From: the human T2T-CHM13v2.0 reference genome, Homo sapiens
NCBI RefSeq assembly: GCF_009914755.1
Contig: NC_060931.1
Length of the DNA stretch: 64,000 nt
Reading direction: 5' to 3' (one strand)
Position 1 is the first letter of the stretch. Each line of letters opens with the position of its first letter. Below the pieces are notes generated by a model, which saw only the letters and a list, made by a program, of their open reading frames with translations, was not told where the DNA came from and ran no database searches. This document shows positions 13,670-33,158 of this stretch, piece by piece. Position numbers and translations under genes: made by a program.

Positions 13670-14589
13670 AGTAAGATAACCTGCCCACGAATATGTAAGG
13701 ATTTACTCTAAATCAAAGAAAAATAATTTTTCATCAATTCACATTTTCATTTACTTGCTCATTTAACAAACCTTCACTGATCATCATTAGCACCACTTCT
13801 GTTTCGTTCTAGAGTCTATTCAATAATAATGAGCATTCAACCATTGTCCTACACAATCACACAATTGAGAAGAGAAGATAAATTGTGTCCACATGTGAGA
13901 ATTATTCAAGCCATCATTATGTAAATGCCAGAAGAGAAATTATGATTTTTTTTTCTTGGGCTGTGATGATCACCTAAGTCTTCATTGGGAAATACCCCTT
14001 TTGCTATATAAAGCTCCATTTCAGTGATTCATCACATTTCCTTACAGTATTTTTTATTGGTGTTCTTCTAAGTTAATTCTTATACACTTATAAAATAAGT
14101 ACATGTGTTATTATCTCAGTATTATGTTCAAATGTAGGGATATCAGAAAGGTGTCATGACAGTGGAGATGGCAAATCCCTACACAGAAGCAGAGCAATAA
14201 GACAGCAAGGCCCCAAATCCATGCGCATTTACAATGAAACTAATTGACAAGGTTTCCCTGCAAATCCCAAAATACAAGCAGGTGGGGATAACCCATCAAA
14301 ACCTACCAAAACTAGAAAGATCTTAATGATATCAGCATCTGCATGGGATGAAGCAAAAAGAAGAAACAAGGGTGCATGATAATGCTGACAAGCATAATAG
14401 CCAAACCCCTGGATTTCTTCATATGCTGGACCGAGAGAGAAGTTTAATTACAAATTGTTATATCATACTAGAGGAAAAGTGTGCTGAGTTTAGGGCAAGA
14501 ACTAAATGAAGATTTTCCATACTAAGAAGTCAAGTTTTAGCTGAAATGAAAACAATACATAACAGTATTGTGTTATTTGGAAACATGGA

Positions 14590-16690
14590 AATAAATGCCA
14601 AATAACAGAGTTGAATGTAGGAATTGGGGTAATATAAAGTGGCACAGGAAGCTGCTATTTTTCCTTGTAATATCTCCGGCACTCTTTGCTTGTCTGAACC
14701 ATGTATACATGCAATTTTTGAAAAAAAAAAAGAATAGTATTGGCAAGAAAGTAAAAAACAGTATTTCCATGACCTAAGTGAAAATTGAACAAATTTGAGA
14801 GGAACATTTGGCTGTATTTTAGCATTAATACGGAAATATAGAAAAACATCAGAGAAAATTTGTTAAGCTGCAACTCCATCCAGAGAAAATAACACATGTT
14901 GCCTTCACCATGAGCAATTTTGGCTTCAGCATATGTAGTTCACTCTTCTTTCTTTAACAAATACTGAATTTATTTTGTTAAAAATTTCTGCCCATGGAAC
15001 ATTTATGAAATACAGTGAAATTTTAGAAATTAATTTAAAATATAACGGCAAAGACCATAAATGTGAGTTAATAGATAGATGTTAACTGAATGCATCTTCT
15101 GTTTGGGCACCAAAAAATATACTATAGTGAATAATGAACATAGCACCAACAGTATATGAAGTTCAAATTGCTCTGCAGTCTTGCCAATACTTAGTATTTT
15201 CAATCTTTAATTTTAGCCAGGTTAATAGATGCATGTCGGTATCCCATGTTATTGCAAATTGGCATTTTCCTAGTCACCACTCAACATAAATATCTTTTCA
15301 CATAATTATTGGACATTTCTATATCATCTTTAAAACATTTTTGACATGCCAATTCAAATTTCTGGATATCTTTCCTAAAAGTTATCTATAATTTTTGTTG
15401 ATTTGGATGAGTTTCTATTTTTTTAGATAAAATATTTTTGTTAGAGACACACAAACACAGTTTTTAAAACTCAGAAGGAGAATATCTTATTATATTCACT
15501 CATGTAGTTATCTGCTCCTTTACTCTTTCTTCATTCCTGATGTTCCAAACTTCTTTCTGTTGTTAGTTCCTTTATTTGAATAGCCGTCTGCAACGGTTCT
15601 TTTCAGATAGGTTTTCTGATATCAATTTCTCTTTTTCTTAATCTGAAAGGGTATTTATTTCACTCTCCATGGATATAAGATTCTGACTCTTGGCAGGGGC
15701 TTTTTTTTCAGCATTTGGAAAATACGCCACTTTCTTTTGGTTCCCATGGTTTTTGAAAAGAAATTTGTCATCAGAATGTTGTTTTTATAAGTAATACATT
15801 GTTTTTCTCTGGATGATTTTAAGATTTTTTTTGTTCTTGGTTTTCAGAAGTTTGATTTTGATGTGCCTGGGGATGGGTTGTTTTGCTTTATCCTCTTTGT
15901 GGGTTCACTGAGCCTCTTGATTCTGGAATTTTATGTCTTTCACCAAATTTGAGCAGTTTTCAGCCTTCGTTTTATTTTATTTTATTTTTTAATTGAAACT
16001 ATATGAATTCCTGTCCTTCTGGGAGTCTCATGACACAGAGGTAAGATGTTTGTATTGTCCTACAGGTCCCTGAGGCTCGGCTGTATTCATTTGTTTTCAA
16101 TCTTCTCTTTGTTGTTCAGACAATACCTTTTTATTGATATATATTCAAATTTACTGACGCTTTTTCTCTGCTCTGTCAGTGTCAGATTGATTGTTCCTCA
16201 TTTGAGTTAATGTTTCTAGTTACGAAGAGTTATTTTGTATTGCATTTTAGAAATTTGAGGTATTATGATATGACTCAGTTTCCTATTTAAATGTCATGAC
16301 AGTCAAGCTAGGGTGGTAGTCAGGGGTGTGTTCACACGCATAATCTCTGCAGATATCTAGGAGCCAGGAAGGGCTTTTAACTGCTTGTGTGAGATGATAG
16401 TAAGGCTTTACTCAAACAAACTCTGCAGATGCCTACCAGTGTCAGGAGGGGAACTGTCTCCCTACTGTCACCTTGGGATGGTAGCCAGGCTCTGCTCATA
16501 CGCACAGCCTCTGCAAATGCCTACCAGACAGGAGACAAAGCTACTTCCTCACTATAGAGGTGGGGTAGAAGCCAAGGCTCTTGTCAGACAGTTGCACTGC
16601 TGGTAGCTGTGCACAGTGGAGCGAGGGAGGCATAGAGTGGTGTTTACTTTCATGATGTTCGGCCAGAGTAGAGCGAGTGTAGTCAAAAAG
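14590..16690 (-). mobile_element. Mosaic of old L1M fragments
   Basis: T-rich antisense L1 text, e.g. ttttcagaagtttgattttgatgtgcctgg, tatgtctttcaccaaatttg. Confidence 0.6.
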
Positions 16691-16691
16691 A

Positions 16692-22800
<6,109 letters not shown>

Positions 22801-22824
22801 CAGTCTGGTTTTTTAAGACTCCTT

Positions 22825-23807
22825 ATAGTAAAACATGAGAAGAGAGAAATAACATAATGATGAAATTGTGAATCAAAAAGGAATCAGAAGTTGAAGATTT
22901 GAAACATTTTCAGCCTATTTACATTGAAAAGAATGAGAGAACCTATTTGGAAGAGAACAGGAAGGGTGTGGCCAACCAACCATCAGCTAAGTTTAGTCAG
23001 CTAACAGGAATTAGGACCTATTATCCAAGATAATGGAATAATGACCCCAAAGATAGAAATCATCAGGGCTGCCCTTCCCAACACAGATTTAGAGTTCAAG
23101 AGCCCAGTGAGTGTGGGGCCACCACAGAGAGCCCCTGACAGGGCAGTGCCAGTGGAACAGCAGATGCAGTGCTGTCCCCATGACGCCAGACTGGTAAAGC
23201 TTACTGGCATGCAATTCCAGGCTGGGAGAGCCTCAGGTACGTGACCCAGGAACAGCTGCTATGGAGGTAGAGTAACCACAGAAAATGGCCATGGGGGCTC
23301 AACCCCTGCCTGGCAAAGCTGTGGAGGGAGGACCACTTCCCCAGTGAATCCAGAAGGCAGTACCCCCACCCCAGGGGGTTCTCAAGGTGAGACCTATGCC
23401 CAAGTAGGCCTGGAGGGCAGAGCGTTTAGTCATAAATCATTATTCTCAAGCCTTAAAGTTTAATGTTGTTTGACCTATTGGGTTGGGACTTGCTTTCAGT
23501 CTCTCACGTCTTTCTTCTTTGCTATTTCTTCCTTTAGGACTGGGAATGCATCCTGTGCTTTTCCACCATTGTATTTTGAAAACACATAAGTTGTTTGATT
23601 TTATATACACAGCTGGAAGGGAATTTGCCTCAAGATGAATTTCACCTTGAGTGTAACCCATACCTGATTTTCATGATGTTTAGATGTGACTTTGAACTTA
23701 GAACTTACAGTTGATGCCAGAAAGAGTTAAGAATTGTGGGGCTATTGGGATGGAATAAATGTGTTTTGTATGTGAGGACATGAACTGGGGGGGAGTCACA
23801 GGTGAAA
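22825..23807 (+). mobile_element. MaLR internal sequence (3' part)
   Basis: Leads into a purine-rich tract ggggggggagtcacaggtgaaa immediately before the LTR; tcctgtgcttttccaccattgtattttg. Confidence 0.7.
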
Positions 23808-24172
23808 TGTTATAGACTGAATATTTGTGTGTCCCTCAAATCCACATGCTGAGATCTAACTCACAGTATATTGGCATTTGGAGGTGAGGCCTTTGGGAGA
23901 TTATTAGATCATGAAGATGGAGCCCTTATGATTAGAGATAGAGCCCTTATAAAAGAGGCCCCAGAGAGCTATTTTTCTCCTTCTTCCATGTAAGGATGCA
24001 ATAAAGAGTCGTCTGTCTGGTAAGCAGAAAGCAGTACTCACCAGATGTCAAGTCTGCCAGTGTCTTGATCTTGGACTCTGCAGCCTCCAGAACTATGAGA
24101 AATCAATTTTGGTTGTTTATAAGCCACAGAGTTTATGGCACTTTTGTTACAATGGCCTGAACAGACTAAAAT
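23808..24172 (+). mobile_element. MLT1A-type LTR
   Basis: tgttatagactgaat...ggaggtgaggcctttggga...cttgatcttggactctgcagcctccagaactatgagaaat...agactaaaata. Confidence 0.85.
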
Positions 24173-24179
24173 AGAAATT

Positions 24180-25570
24180 AATTTCCTTCTATAGGTTCAA
24201 GAAGCTATTTCATTGTCTTTTGTTTTCTATCATGTCTGTTGAAATGTCCACTGAATATCTAACTCAATATGCAAATGATGTATCTTTTTCGTCTGGCTAC
24301 TTGAAATATTTTCAGTTTTGTTTTTACCAGTTATTATGTAATACAACATGCCAAGGTGTGTTTTTCTTTATATATTTCTTGCTTAGTGTTTATAATGCTT
24401 TCTGAATCATTGGCTCAATATATTTCTGTTAAGAAAATTTTCAGCCTATATTCACATTTTTTTGTACCATTCTTTTACATAACTAATTACACACACCTTA
24501 GATGATTTAATTATTTTTCATATTTTCTAATAAGTATTTTGTTCTCATTTTCCAGTTTTATTCTCATATTTACCTGGATGTTTTCTACTGATTTCTCTTT
24601 TGCTGTGTGTAGTCTGCTATTAAATTCATCAATTTAGTTCATAACATTATTATATTTTTAGGCTTTAATTTCCATTTATTTCATTTTTATGTTTTGCAGT
24701 TCTCTGGAGAAGTTTAAGTTATTGTTATCTACTTTAGATCTAAGATTTACATATGATCAGTCTACTAACTAAATAATCTATATGTCCATTTCCATCATCT
24801 TGTTCTTTTGTGTCTTGGGATTGTCTTGTCTGTAGCTATCAAGCAAATGCCATATGTTCTGTATAAAACATTAGAGAGGATTATAATTATTTTACCTATC
24901 TTCAAAGGAAGGATAGCCATTCTTTTGATAATCAGAGTGGAGTTAATTTGTAAGGCTTGATCCACCTCTGTTCCAGCCCCACACCAGGCATAGCCCTCTA
25001 TCATTCCTAACTAGAAGCCTGGGATGTCTGCTAGTGCTCCACCTCCTCAATGGGTATTGAGCTCCTCTTTTAATCTCCTTAGCACTATGAGACTGCTAAA
25101 ACTTCACTCTGCTATTCATTAAATTTGTCAGTCTTCTCAGCCTTTTATCCAGTGAAACTGGAAAGTGTGTCTAGTGTTTTAAGAAGAAATCCATTGAATG
25201 TTCTGTTTATATCTTTATTTTCTCTCTGAAATCTTGGTCCCAAAAGTACTGACTGCCTTGACAGATGCATAATCTCTTGTTTTTTCCCCCCAAGCTTGTG
25301 GAATTTCCAACACCTACTGGCTTCTCTTTATTTTAGCAGTGGTCCTCTACTTGCATTCTGAACCTGTCACAGTGCCAAGAATCAGCAAATATTCTAAAGG
25401 CAAAAGTAGGTAGAAAGTCTGCTCATCACTCTGAAGTTCCCTCAGATATTGGCTCCTCCAATTTTGCCCGCGTCATCACTTCTCCCTGTATGTGTGTTGG
25501 CAGGAAGGTGTGGGGGCAGGGATGAAGGAATGGGTGTTTTTCAACTTTGCTAAGTATTCTCAATGGGAGT
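24180..25570 (-). mobile_element. Highly diverged L1M fragments
   Basis: T-rich antisense L1-like text. Confidence 0.45.
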
Positions 25571-26435
25571 GTTGTTAGCTGTTTGCCAAAAATGACAACA
25601 TCATAAGCAGAAGGGGAAGTTGAAGTACACATTTTATATCTTAAATTCTTAATATATTTTAACTACATTTCTATCAAATGGTCAAATGGTTTCTGATATT
25701 ATTTTTATTTGATAAACTTATGAATATGTTGGTTAAGAAAATTTAGTTCCAACTTCCTATATCTTTCACTTAAGGCATTAATAATTAGTTACTTGTAATT
25801 ACTAACTTAATTAGGTGATACATATCATTGTTTGACCCTTAGATTTATCACTTGTTTCTTTAGTAGTTATGTGACTTTGGCAATTTACTTATGTACTCCA
25901 GCCTTAGTTAACTAATCTGTTAAATAATGTGAAAAGATTTGTGTGGCTCAGAGATTTTCGTGAAAATGAAGTCAGATATTAAAATACCAAATACCTTGTT
26001 CATGTTACCAGCCAATAAATGTAATTTTATTTCTTCTAATCATTCTCTCCTGAGTTAATGATACAAAGTAACAACAGATGAACAATTATGGATAATAGGG
26101 ATATGAAAGTAAAGAAACTCCCGATATGTGAGTAATTCAGATTTGACAATAAGTGCCAACATAATCATGGAATTCAGTTAAATCATTTATAAAATTATAA
26201 GAATAGGACGAAGGGGAGAGCAGTGAAAAAACAAGGAAAGGATAATAATATACGTCTATCATCAGACATATAGTAGAGCCCTGAATATATGCTTTTAAAG
26301 GAGTAAAGCTGTGAATCAGTTATTCATTACTTTCATAAAAGAAGAGAATACATTGCCCACTGTTGATAGAGTCATTAGATCTTTCTAATGGCAATATCCA
26401 TTTTGCTGTATTTTTTGGTGCCGTATTTGTTATAG

Positions 26436-28484
26436 GTTCATCTGCTATCTCAGAAAACACTAAGCTGAGTGAGTCTGTATGATTTCCTTTATCAACAACC
26501 ACGTCACAACAGCCACTGTTCAATTTGCTAAGGCACAAGGCCTAGCTCTCCTACACTCCTTTAGCTCAGAAATTATACCTTTTAAAAATCATACCTTTTT
26601 AAATGTATCAAATGTTAGAACTTTTGAATTCCTTTTATTTTAGCATTGGGTCTGATAAACTCAATTACATTTTAATGTCCTTAAAAGACAGTCCAAAGAA
26701 AAGAAGCAAAGGTCCCAAAACACAGGAAATTATTTCCTAGGACAAAAAAATGTAAGAAATAAAAGTGGCTTAGCTTAGACAAATGATTTTTTAATATAAC
26801 ACCTAAAATGTTTTATATATTTAAAAAATTCTGTTGCATATCCAGATAAGTCTTATCGAAGAAAAGATATGAGTTAGAATTAGAATAAGCAGAAAAGTAC
26901 CTTAAAACTCTTCAATGTTTTCAGCAAAGAAGACCAAGATGTGCTACTTTTAAATAAGGCTCAAAAAGAAAAGGGCAAATGATTTAAAAATACAGACATT
27001 TCTGCTCTTGACTGACGCATATGTCTAGATGTCTTAGAAGTGATATTTAGCAAACTATTTTTGCAGATAATTTCATTGTTAATTTGCTAGTCTGGAATGT
27101 TCAGAAAAAATTCATATGGTTAAGAAATCAAAATGATACAAAGAACAAAAGATGTGGGGGTCAATGAAAATAGAAGAACTTTGAAAAGAAAGGGATAGGA
27201 ATGCTGGTATGCCTTCACTTCCAAAACCTTCTGCAAAACTGCCTCGGGAGCCAACTTTCCATGCATTGGGTTTCTTCATTTTTATTTCATTTCTTTTTTA
27301 CCTATGTGTTCTACATTTTCACAAAAATGTTTTCAATCACTGCAGATTATCAAATCAAGCAAGATTTATATTTACAACTGCAGAGGTGAACCTGACTGTT
27401 TCATGGAGTGGGTCAAATTAACCATTTTTAAGAGTTGTCCAGGCTGCTTAATTTGAAAAGTAGTAGACAATGGCATGTTTTTGTGTAAGTTAATGAGGTG
27501 AGAAATACGCACTGCATCCTGGGCTGTTTCAACCTTCAGAATGGTTCTCCACTAGCAGAATTTCTAATACATTTCTTTCACTTCTTCCATGACACATTAG
27601 TTTAGTTATTCTAAATAACTCAAGGTCAACTATGTGCTGGTCAGTTGCCTGAAATCTTCAAATAAGACTTAGAGTTTCCTAACCACCAAACTGGTTGAGC
27701 AAATGGAGAAAAGTCATGTCAGTAGAAGACTAAATTTTTTTCTTACCTAGTCTATGTACAAAAAAAAAAAAAAAAAGAAAAAAAGAAAAACGAGCTACAG
27801 TGGTTCTTCAAACTGTGACCCGCCAAAGTCCTCAATGTTCAAATTTATTTTTTTCCCTTTCTTGCCTTTGTTTCCTCCTCAACCACTTGCTGGGTCAATA
27901 ATTCCAAGACTGCCAGAAAAAGTGATCCTTGGGAGTCAGTTGCCATGAATATATATTTGTTGTAACTGTTGTTTTAAACAAGTAAAAAAGGAAGATGTAA
28001 ATAAAAGAGCAATGGAAAAGTAGAAAGAGAATCCCACTCATTTCTGAATCTGTGTCTTTTTGTGTAGTGTTTATCATAAAGGAGAGGCATTGACTGCCCA
28101 TATGTTTAGAGGTGGGGTAGAATAAAAAGCCCACTGTTTTGGGAAGCCAGAGAACTGGGTTCTGATCTGAGTGTGACCTTTCACTATTGTATCCTTAAAT
28201 ATTGGTGCATGAGATTTCCTCATGTATAAATTGGAGGCTATCAGCCCATCTCTAAGATCCCTTCTTATTTTATAAATCTTTGTTGACTAAGGTGTGACAA
28301 AGCCAGAATCCCATGTATTTCAAACATTTTCTAGTTGATGTCCTCTAATGAATGTTTGTTCCAGATATCACCTTAATGACTGAGAAGCTAAAGCTGTTCC
28401 AACTAGTGGCTGTAGATTTTGCCTGAAAACTCTGAGTGAATATTTGCAGAAAATTCAAGACATTGGAAAGAAACAGGAATAAAG
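26436..28484 (+). pseudogene. Pseudo-exon cluster (charged linker plus one PLAT-like repeat)
   Basis: 26436-26468 (donor gtgagt); 26688-26751 (donor gtaaga); 26846 Lys-rich segment; 27346 SKIYIYNCRGEPDCFMEWVKLTIFK; ~27516 HPGLFQPSE; 27625-27693 GQLPEIFK/IRL (frameshift); 28365-28484 CSN*WL*ILPENSE. Confidence 0.5.
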
Positions 28485-28959
28485 GTAGCCTCTGATGTTG
28501 CTTTTCATGGACAAGAAGACAAGAGTAGGGGGAGCAGGATACTGAGAGGGTAAAAATTAATCTAGAATAAGAATACCTGAAAGTCATCAATATAATTGTG
28601 GCACTAAATAAATCTTTACATGAAGATTATCTAAAGTTAGAATCAGTCAATATCTATGTTTGTATGAGATCAGCTGTTGGAGTTAATCTTTGTGTGTTTG
28701 TGTTTTCCCACTGAAATTCTTAACATACACACTGGATCATTAATTAAAGAAATAAGTTTCTAAGGGAGATTTTCTCTTTTACTCCAGAAACTTCACTCAC
28801 TTTTTTGGCCCTGATCACTAAACTATCATTTTGGCAGGCATACAGGCAAGTTGCAAGAAGCAAGAAGGGGGATGACTTTATGATATGTCAGATACTGTAG
28901 AATAATGAAATATTTATAATTTCATTTAATGTTGACAGCAATTTAATATATATTAAATT

Positions 28960-29080
28960 TTTAAAAATGGAAGTTCAGTAAGGTCAATTAAGTTGTCTAA
29001 GATCATATAGCTATTAAGTGTTAGAACCTGGATTAAATCCCGGGTCTTCTCCCCTCTAATATTTTTTTCATTCTGCCATA
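28960..29080 (-). mobile_element. MIR fragment
   Basis: aaggtcaattaagttgtctaagatcatatagctattaagtgttagaacctggattaaatcc. Confidence 0.6.
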
Positions 29081-29166
29081 CAGCCTCTATTAGCGCAACG
29101 GGGCATTATCACTAATATCTACTAATTCTGGACACTGATGAGTCTGCAATTTTATTTTCCTCTAGT

Positions 29167-30259
29167 TGTTAGCTAATTAGTTGGCCTGTTACTGTTTGGA
29201 TGCTTGCAGAGGACACAGAACTTCTGGGTCAATGACAAAGAATGTGTTACTCACAACTTATCAAGCAACTTGGGCATTAGTAGATATGCATTGGTTTCTG
29301 TATTAGTTGTCTTGTACTAATGTAACAAGCTACCACAGATTTAGCAGCTTAAAACAACACTCAATTATTATCTCTCAGTTCTGTAGATCAGAAGTCCAGA
29401 GGCTTGGCTGATAATCTGTTTAAAGTCTTACAAGGTCAAAATCAAGGTGTCAGTGGGCTTGGGGTCTTTTCTGCAAGCTCCAGGAAAGAATACATTTTGC
29501 AGCACATTCAAAAATTTGTTGGCAGAATTAAATTCAAATAACGTGGTTGTTGGACTAAGGACCTTGATTGTTGGCTGCTGTTGGGCAGGGCTTATTTTCA
29601 GTTTTGTGAGGTCACCTGTATTCACGGGCCTGTGGGATCTTCCATTTTCAAGATCAGTGGCACATCAAATACTTTTTCTCTGAATCTCTTTGACTTCCTC
29701 TCCTCCTGTACTTCCTTGACTTTCTCTTTGGCCTGTTCTTATAAGGCCTGATATGAACATGTTATGTTATGCTTAAACTGATAATCCAGCATAATTCCTC
29801 TATTTTAAGGTCAACTATTTGGTAACCTTAATTACCTCTGCAAATGCCTTGTGTTGTGTAAGGCAATGTATTCAGAAGCATGGTATCTCATTATACTCAC
29901 TCTCTCAGGGATTAGGTATGGAATCTTCTTGGAGTTATAATTCTGCCTACCAAAGTTTTTTTTTATTTGTACGTCCCATGATAAAGCATGGTCCAGATGA
30001 ATGCTCACATGCAGCAGTTTGGCATCCCAGTAGAGAAATTCTAACCTTGGAGAATCTACTACTTTTATAGCAAGCAGTAAGAAAGCCTGCTATTTGTTTA
30101 GTAGAAAGATATTTTATCTCTCAGCATTACCAACTGCATAAACAAAATCCTCAGGAATTACTAGTGTAAAGAACAGTCAGGGCCTCACCTTCTTGACACA
30201 GTTAAGTTAGTAAGACTTGTAGGAAGCAAGAGACTCATAAAATACTGTCTCTCCCAACA
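29167..30259 (-). mobile_element. Old ERVL-type LTR (LTR40-like) with a nested MLT1 LTR at ~29299-29952
   Basis: gaggacacagaacttctgggtc...tctcccaaca outer element; inner gcagcttaaaacaacac...ataattctgcctacca. Confidence 0.6.
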
Positions 30260-30700
30260 TACTCCCAAAGTTCTTGAAAAACTCCAAATGAGAATTTGAC
30301 CTTTAATCTCTAAATACACAGATTATTCTTAACCAAGTAAAAATATTTCTTCCAGATCAGGCTTTCACTTACCTTGAAAAGTACATTCCCAGAATGTAGT
30401 AAAATTCCCAGAAGTGTGGGTGTGGAAGGCAAAAATGAAGCCAACTGTTAAATTCTATGCACTATTGGTGGATAAGGAGTAGTCTCTACCATTTAGATAA
30501 GTGACAGCAACAGGCAAGAATGAAGCCAACCTGTGAGGAAGCTTAGGATGGCAGATTAAAAAGATGTAATGGAAATACCCTTGATATATTATCATGGGAG
30601 TTGCAGTTTGCACCTTACCTCTATTGACATGTGACTTTAGACTAATCACTTAATTTCTCTGAGCTTTTGTTTTCATGTCTATTGAAAACCTAGGTAATAA

Positions 30701-32401
30701 TGTCCTGAAACTCTTGGGGTGTCGCATTTCTAGTTGGAAGCCTCGGTGGCCCATGGCACCTTTGCCCATTTTTATTTGGGCCTGCTGGGCTCATTCCACC
30801 CACTCAGCCTGGCAGACTGCACTCACCTCATGCTACTGGCCTGGATCCCATGACTGCCAAGGGCAAGCCAGGTGCAGAGAGGCAAGGGGCATGTGAGCAA
30901 GTGAGTGTGGGGTCTATGCAGTGTGCCACACTGGCTGCTGTGGTGGGGTGGGCAGCTACAGGCACCACCACAGGTGCTGGCTCCATGAAAGTCTTCAGCT
31001 GGATCAGATGCATTGTGGGTGGCTTCTGCTGTAGGCACCTGTCTCTGGATGAGAGGAACATAGTGGTGCCTGGAAGCTTGGAGACACCAGAAACCACAGA
31101 GCCCCAAAGAGGGTCTTACAGCCCTGGCTCAGGGAGCCCCTAGGTCTGGGCTCCCAGAATGGCCTCAGCTCTTCTCTCCTTGTTGCCCACAACATGGTGA
31201 GCGGGGGAGGGCAGTGTTTCAGCCCTGCTTGTGTTACAGCTTTTTCAGTCTCACCACTCAGCAGGTGCCGAGTTCCTTTCCTGCATCCAGGAAGAATGAG
31301 GTATGCTGACAACCAGAGGGTGATCAAGGTGAAGAGGTGCTTGACTGAGTGACAGAACAGCTCTCAGGAGACCCAAAATGGGTAGCTCCTATCCGCAGGC
31401 AGGTCATCGCAACGTCTCTGCTGCTCTCAGCAGAGAGGAGACCCAGAGCAGGTAACTCCTATTTGCAGGCAGGTCATGCAACATCTCTGCAGCTCTCAGT
31501 AGTGGACAGGAGACCCAGAGTGGGTAGCTCCTATCTGCAGGCAGGTCATTCCAACATCTCCGCAGTCCTTAGGGGAGAGGAAACCCAGAGCAGGTAGCTC
31601 CTATCCACAGGCAGGTCATCTTGATGTCTCTGTGAGTCTAGCTGAGTCCGGGGTTTTTATGGACTTCAGAAGGGAGATGTGCATGCTGATTGGTCCATGG
31701 ACGGCCATCATTGGGCCTAGAAAAAGCGCCATAAGTTCTTGCTCTGGGCCAGGAACTCCACCCAGAACTGACAGCCTGGACCCCATGCTTCAGGCTGTCC
31801 CTAGCTTGAAGGTGTGCTTCACCAGGGATCTACCCGTTTCCACCTAGGAGTCAGTCTGCCTCCTGCTGCCATCAACCTGCTGTCCACAGTGCCCAGGCTG
31901 TTCATGCCAAAGGGTGCTTGCAGACCTGTGCCAAGCACCCTCAGTCCCCCTCAGCCTCCCTCCCATGATCATCAATGTCTAAAGACCAGAGGGGGGCCAA
32001 GTTGGCAGGGGTTTGGTGTGTCAGTGCTGCCTCAAGAATGTGCACACCTGCCGGGTCACAACAGTACCTGGCTCAGCCTCAGCTTTGTTCCAAAATCAGA
32101 GTCGGTGCTAGGAGTTCAGAGAGGCCAGGCAGCAGGAGCAGACACCTTCAAGCCTGCAGGGGCAAAGGGTGTTCCCAGGCCCTTGAGAGTGCAGGAATGT
32201 CCAGGTCCACAGCTGTGGCTGGGCAGCTGCAACTGCACCTGGGAGGGTGGGGCTCCTGCCCTGCCAACTCAGAAAAGGACAGGGCTCCCACCTGTTCCTG
32301 GCCCCTGCCAGCTCCGTGGAGCATGTGGTCCCTACTGCACCTCCCCTGCTGCAGCCAGAGTCTTCACAGTGGCCCCTCCAGATGGGCCATTGCTGCCATC
32401 A
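30701..32401 (-). mobile_element. MER52-type ERV1 LTR inserted into a MIR
   Basis: GC-rich 1.7-kb block with tg...ca termini (tgtcctg...gctgccatca); imperfect 4-bp TSD ataa/gtaa; MIR text on both sides. Confidence 0.8.
31367..31632. repeat. ~70-bp tandem repeat, about 4 copies, inside the LTR
   Basis: Unit ggagacccagag..ggtagctcctatc.gcaggcaggtcat... Confidence 0.85.
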
Positions 32402-33158
32402 GTAATATCTATCTTACAGATTTATTGTGAGAAGTAAATAAGATAATTCCTATAAAGCTAGTAGCATTATATTTGCTATAGAGTACAAATCCCACAGGTT
32501 TCTCCATCATTCCCCCTTCTACTTAACTCAAAATATATCCAAATAAAAAGCAATCTGGCATGAACTTACCTTGATATGATAGAACATTGCAGCTTCCATC
32601 CCGCACTCCAAAATGTCCACTAAATAGTAATAGGTACCATTATTAAATACCACCACTGTGCCATAGGCTTCCTCTGAAAATCAGCTTCAAATTTAGCTTG
32701 ACTGTGTACATGATAAATAAATGCGTGATCCCGAATAAGGATTATGTTTACATAAGTGTGTGGCTCCCCTAACTAAAAACATTTTACTTCTGTTTACTCC
32801 TGAGTTTAGAGAGATTTCAAAAGATAAACTTCGAGTATTATATAATCAATGTTTAATTCATGTAGAAGTATATATTAAGAATAGAATAACAAGAAGCCCC
32901 AAACTTTGGAAAATGTGAGCCATTCTCTAAGATAAATATTCACCTGCAAGAGACGTTGAGAAAATTCTGCTGGTTCCACTGCCCTGGGACAGTTTCCCAG
33001 ACCCCTTAGGGCATAAGGCCCTGAGGACCACCTACTCAAGTGTATTCCTTTCCTTCATATCACAAAGGCTTCAGTACAATTTTGTGGTGTTATTGCTTGG
33101 CTCTGTAATCATTATTGTGGTTAGATTTTTTTAAAAAGCTCATTTTCATGCTTTCCAG

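Noticed and set aside
31367-31632. ~70-bp repeats as a CRISPR-like or novel array
   Set aside because: Head-to-tail diverged units without unique spacers, internal to an LTR, in a primate genome
30675-32437. Cluster of 70-207 aa ORFs in the GC-rich block
   Set aside because: They lie within a MER52-type LTR; GC richness explains the open frames and there are no protein motifs
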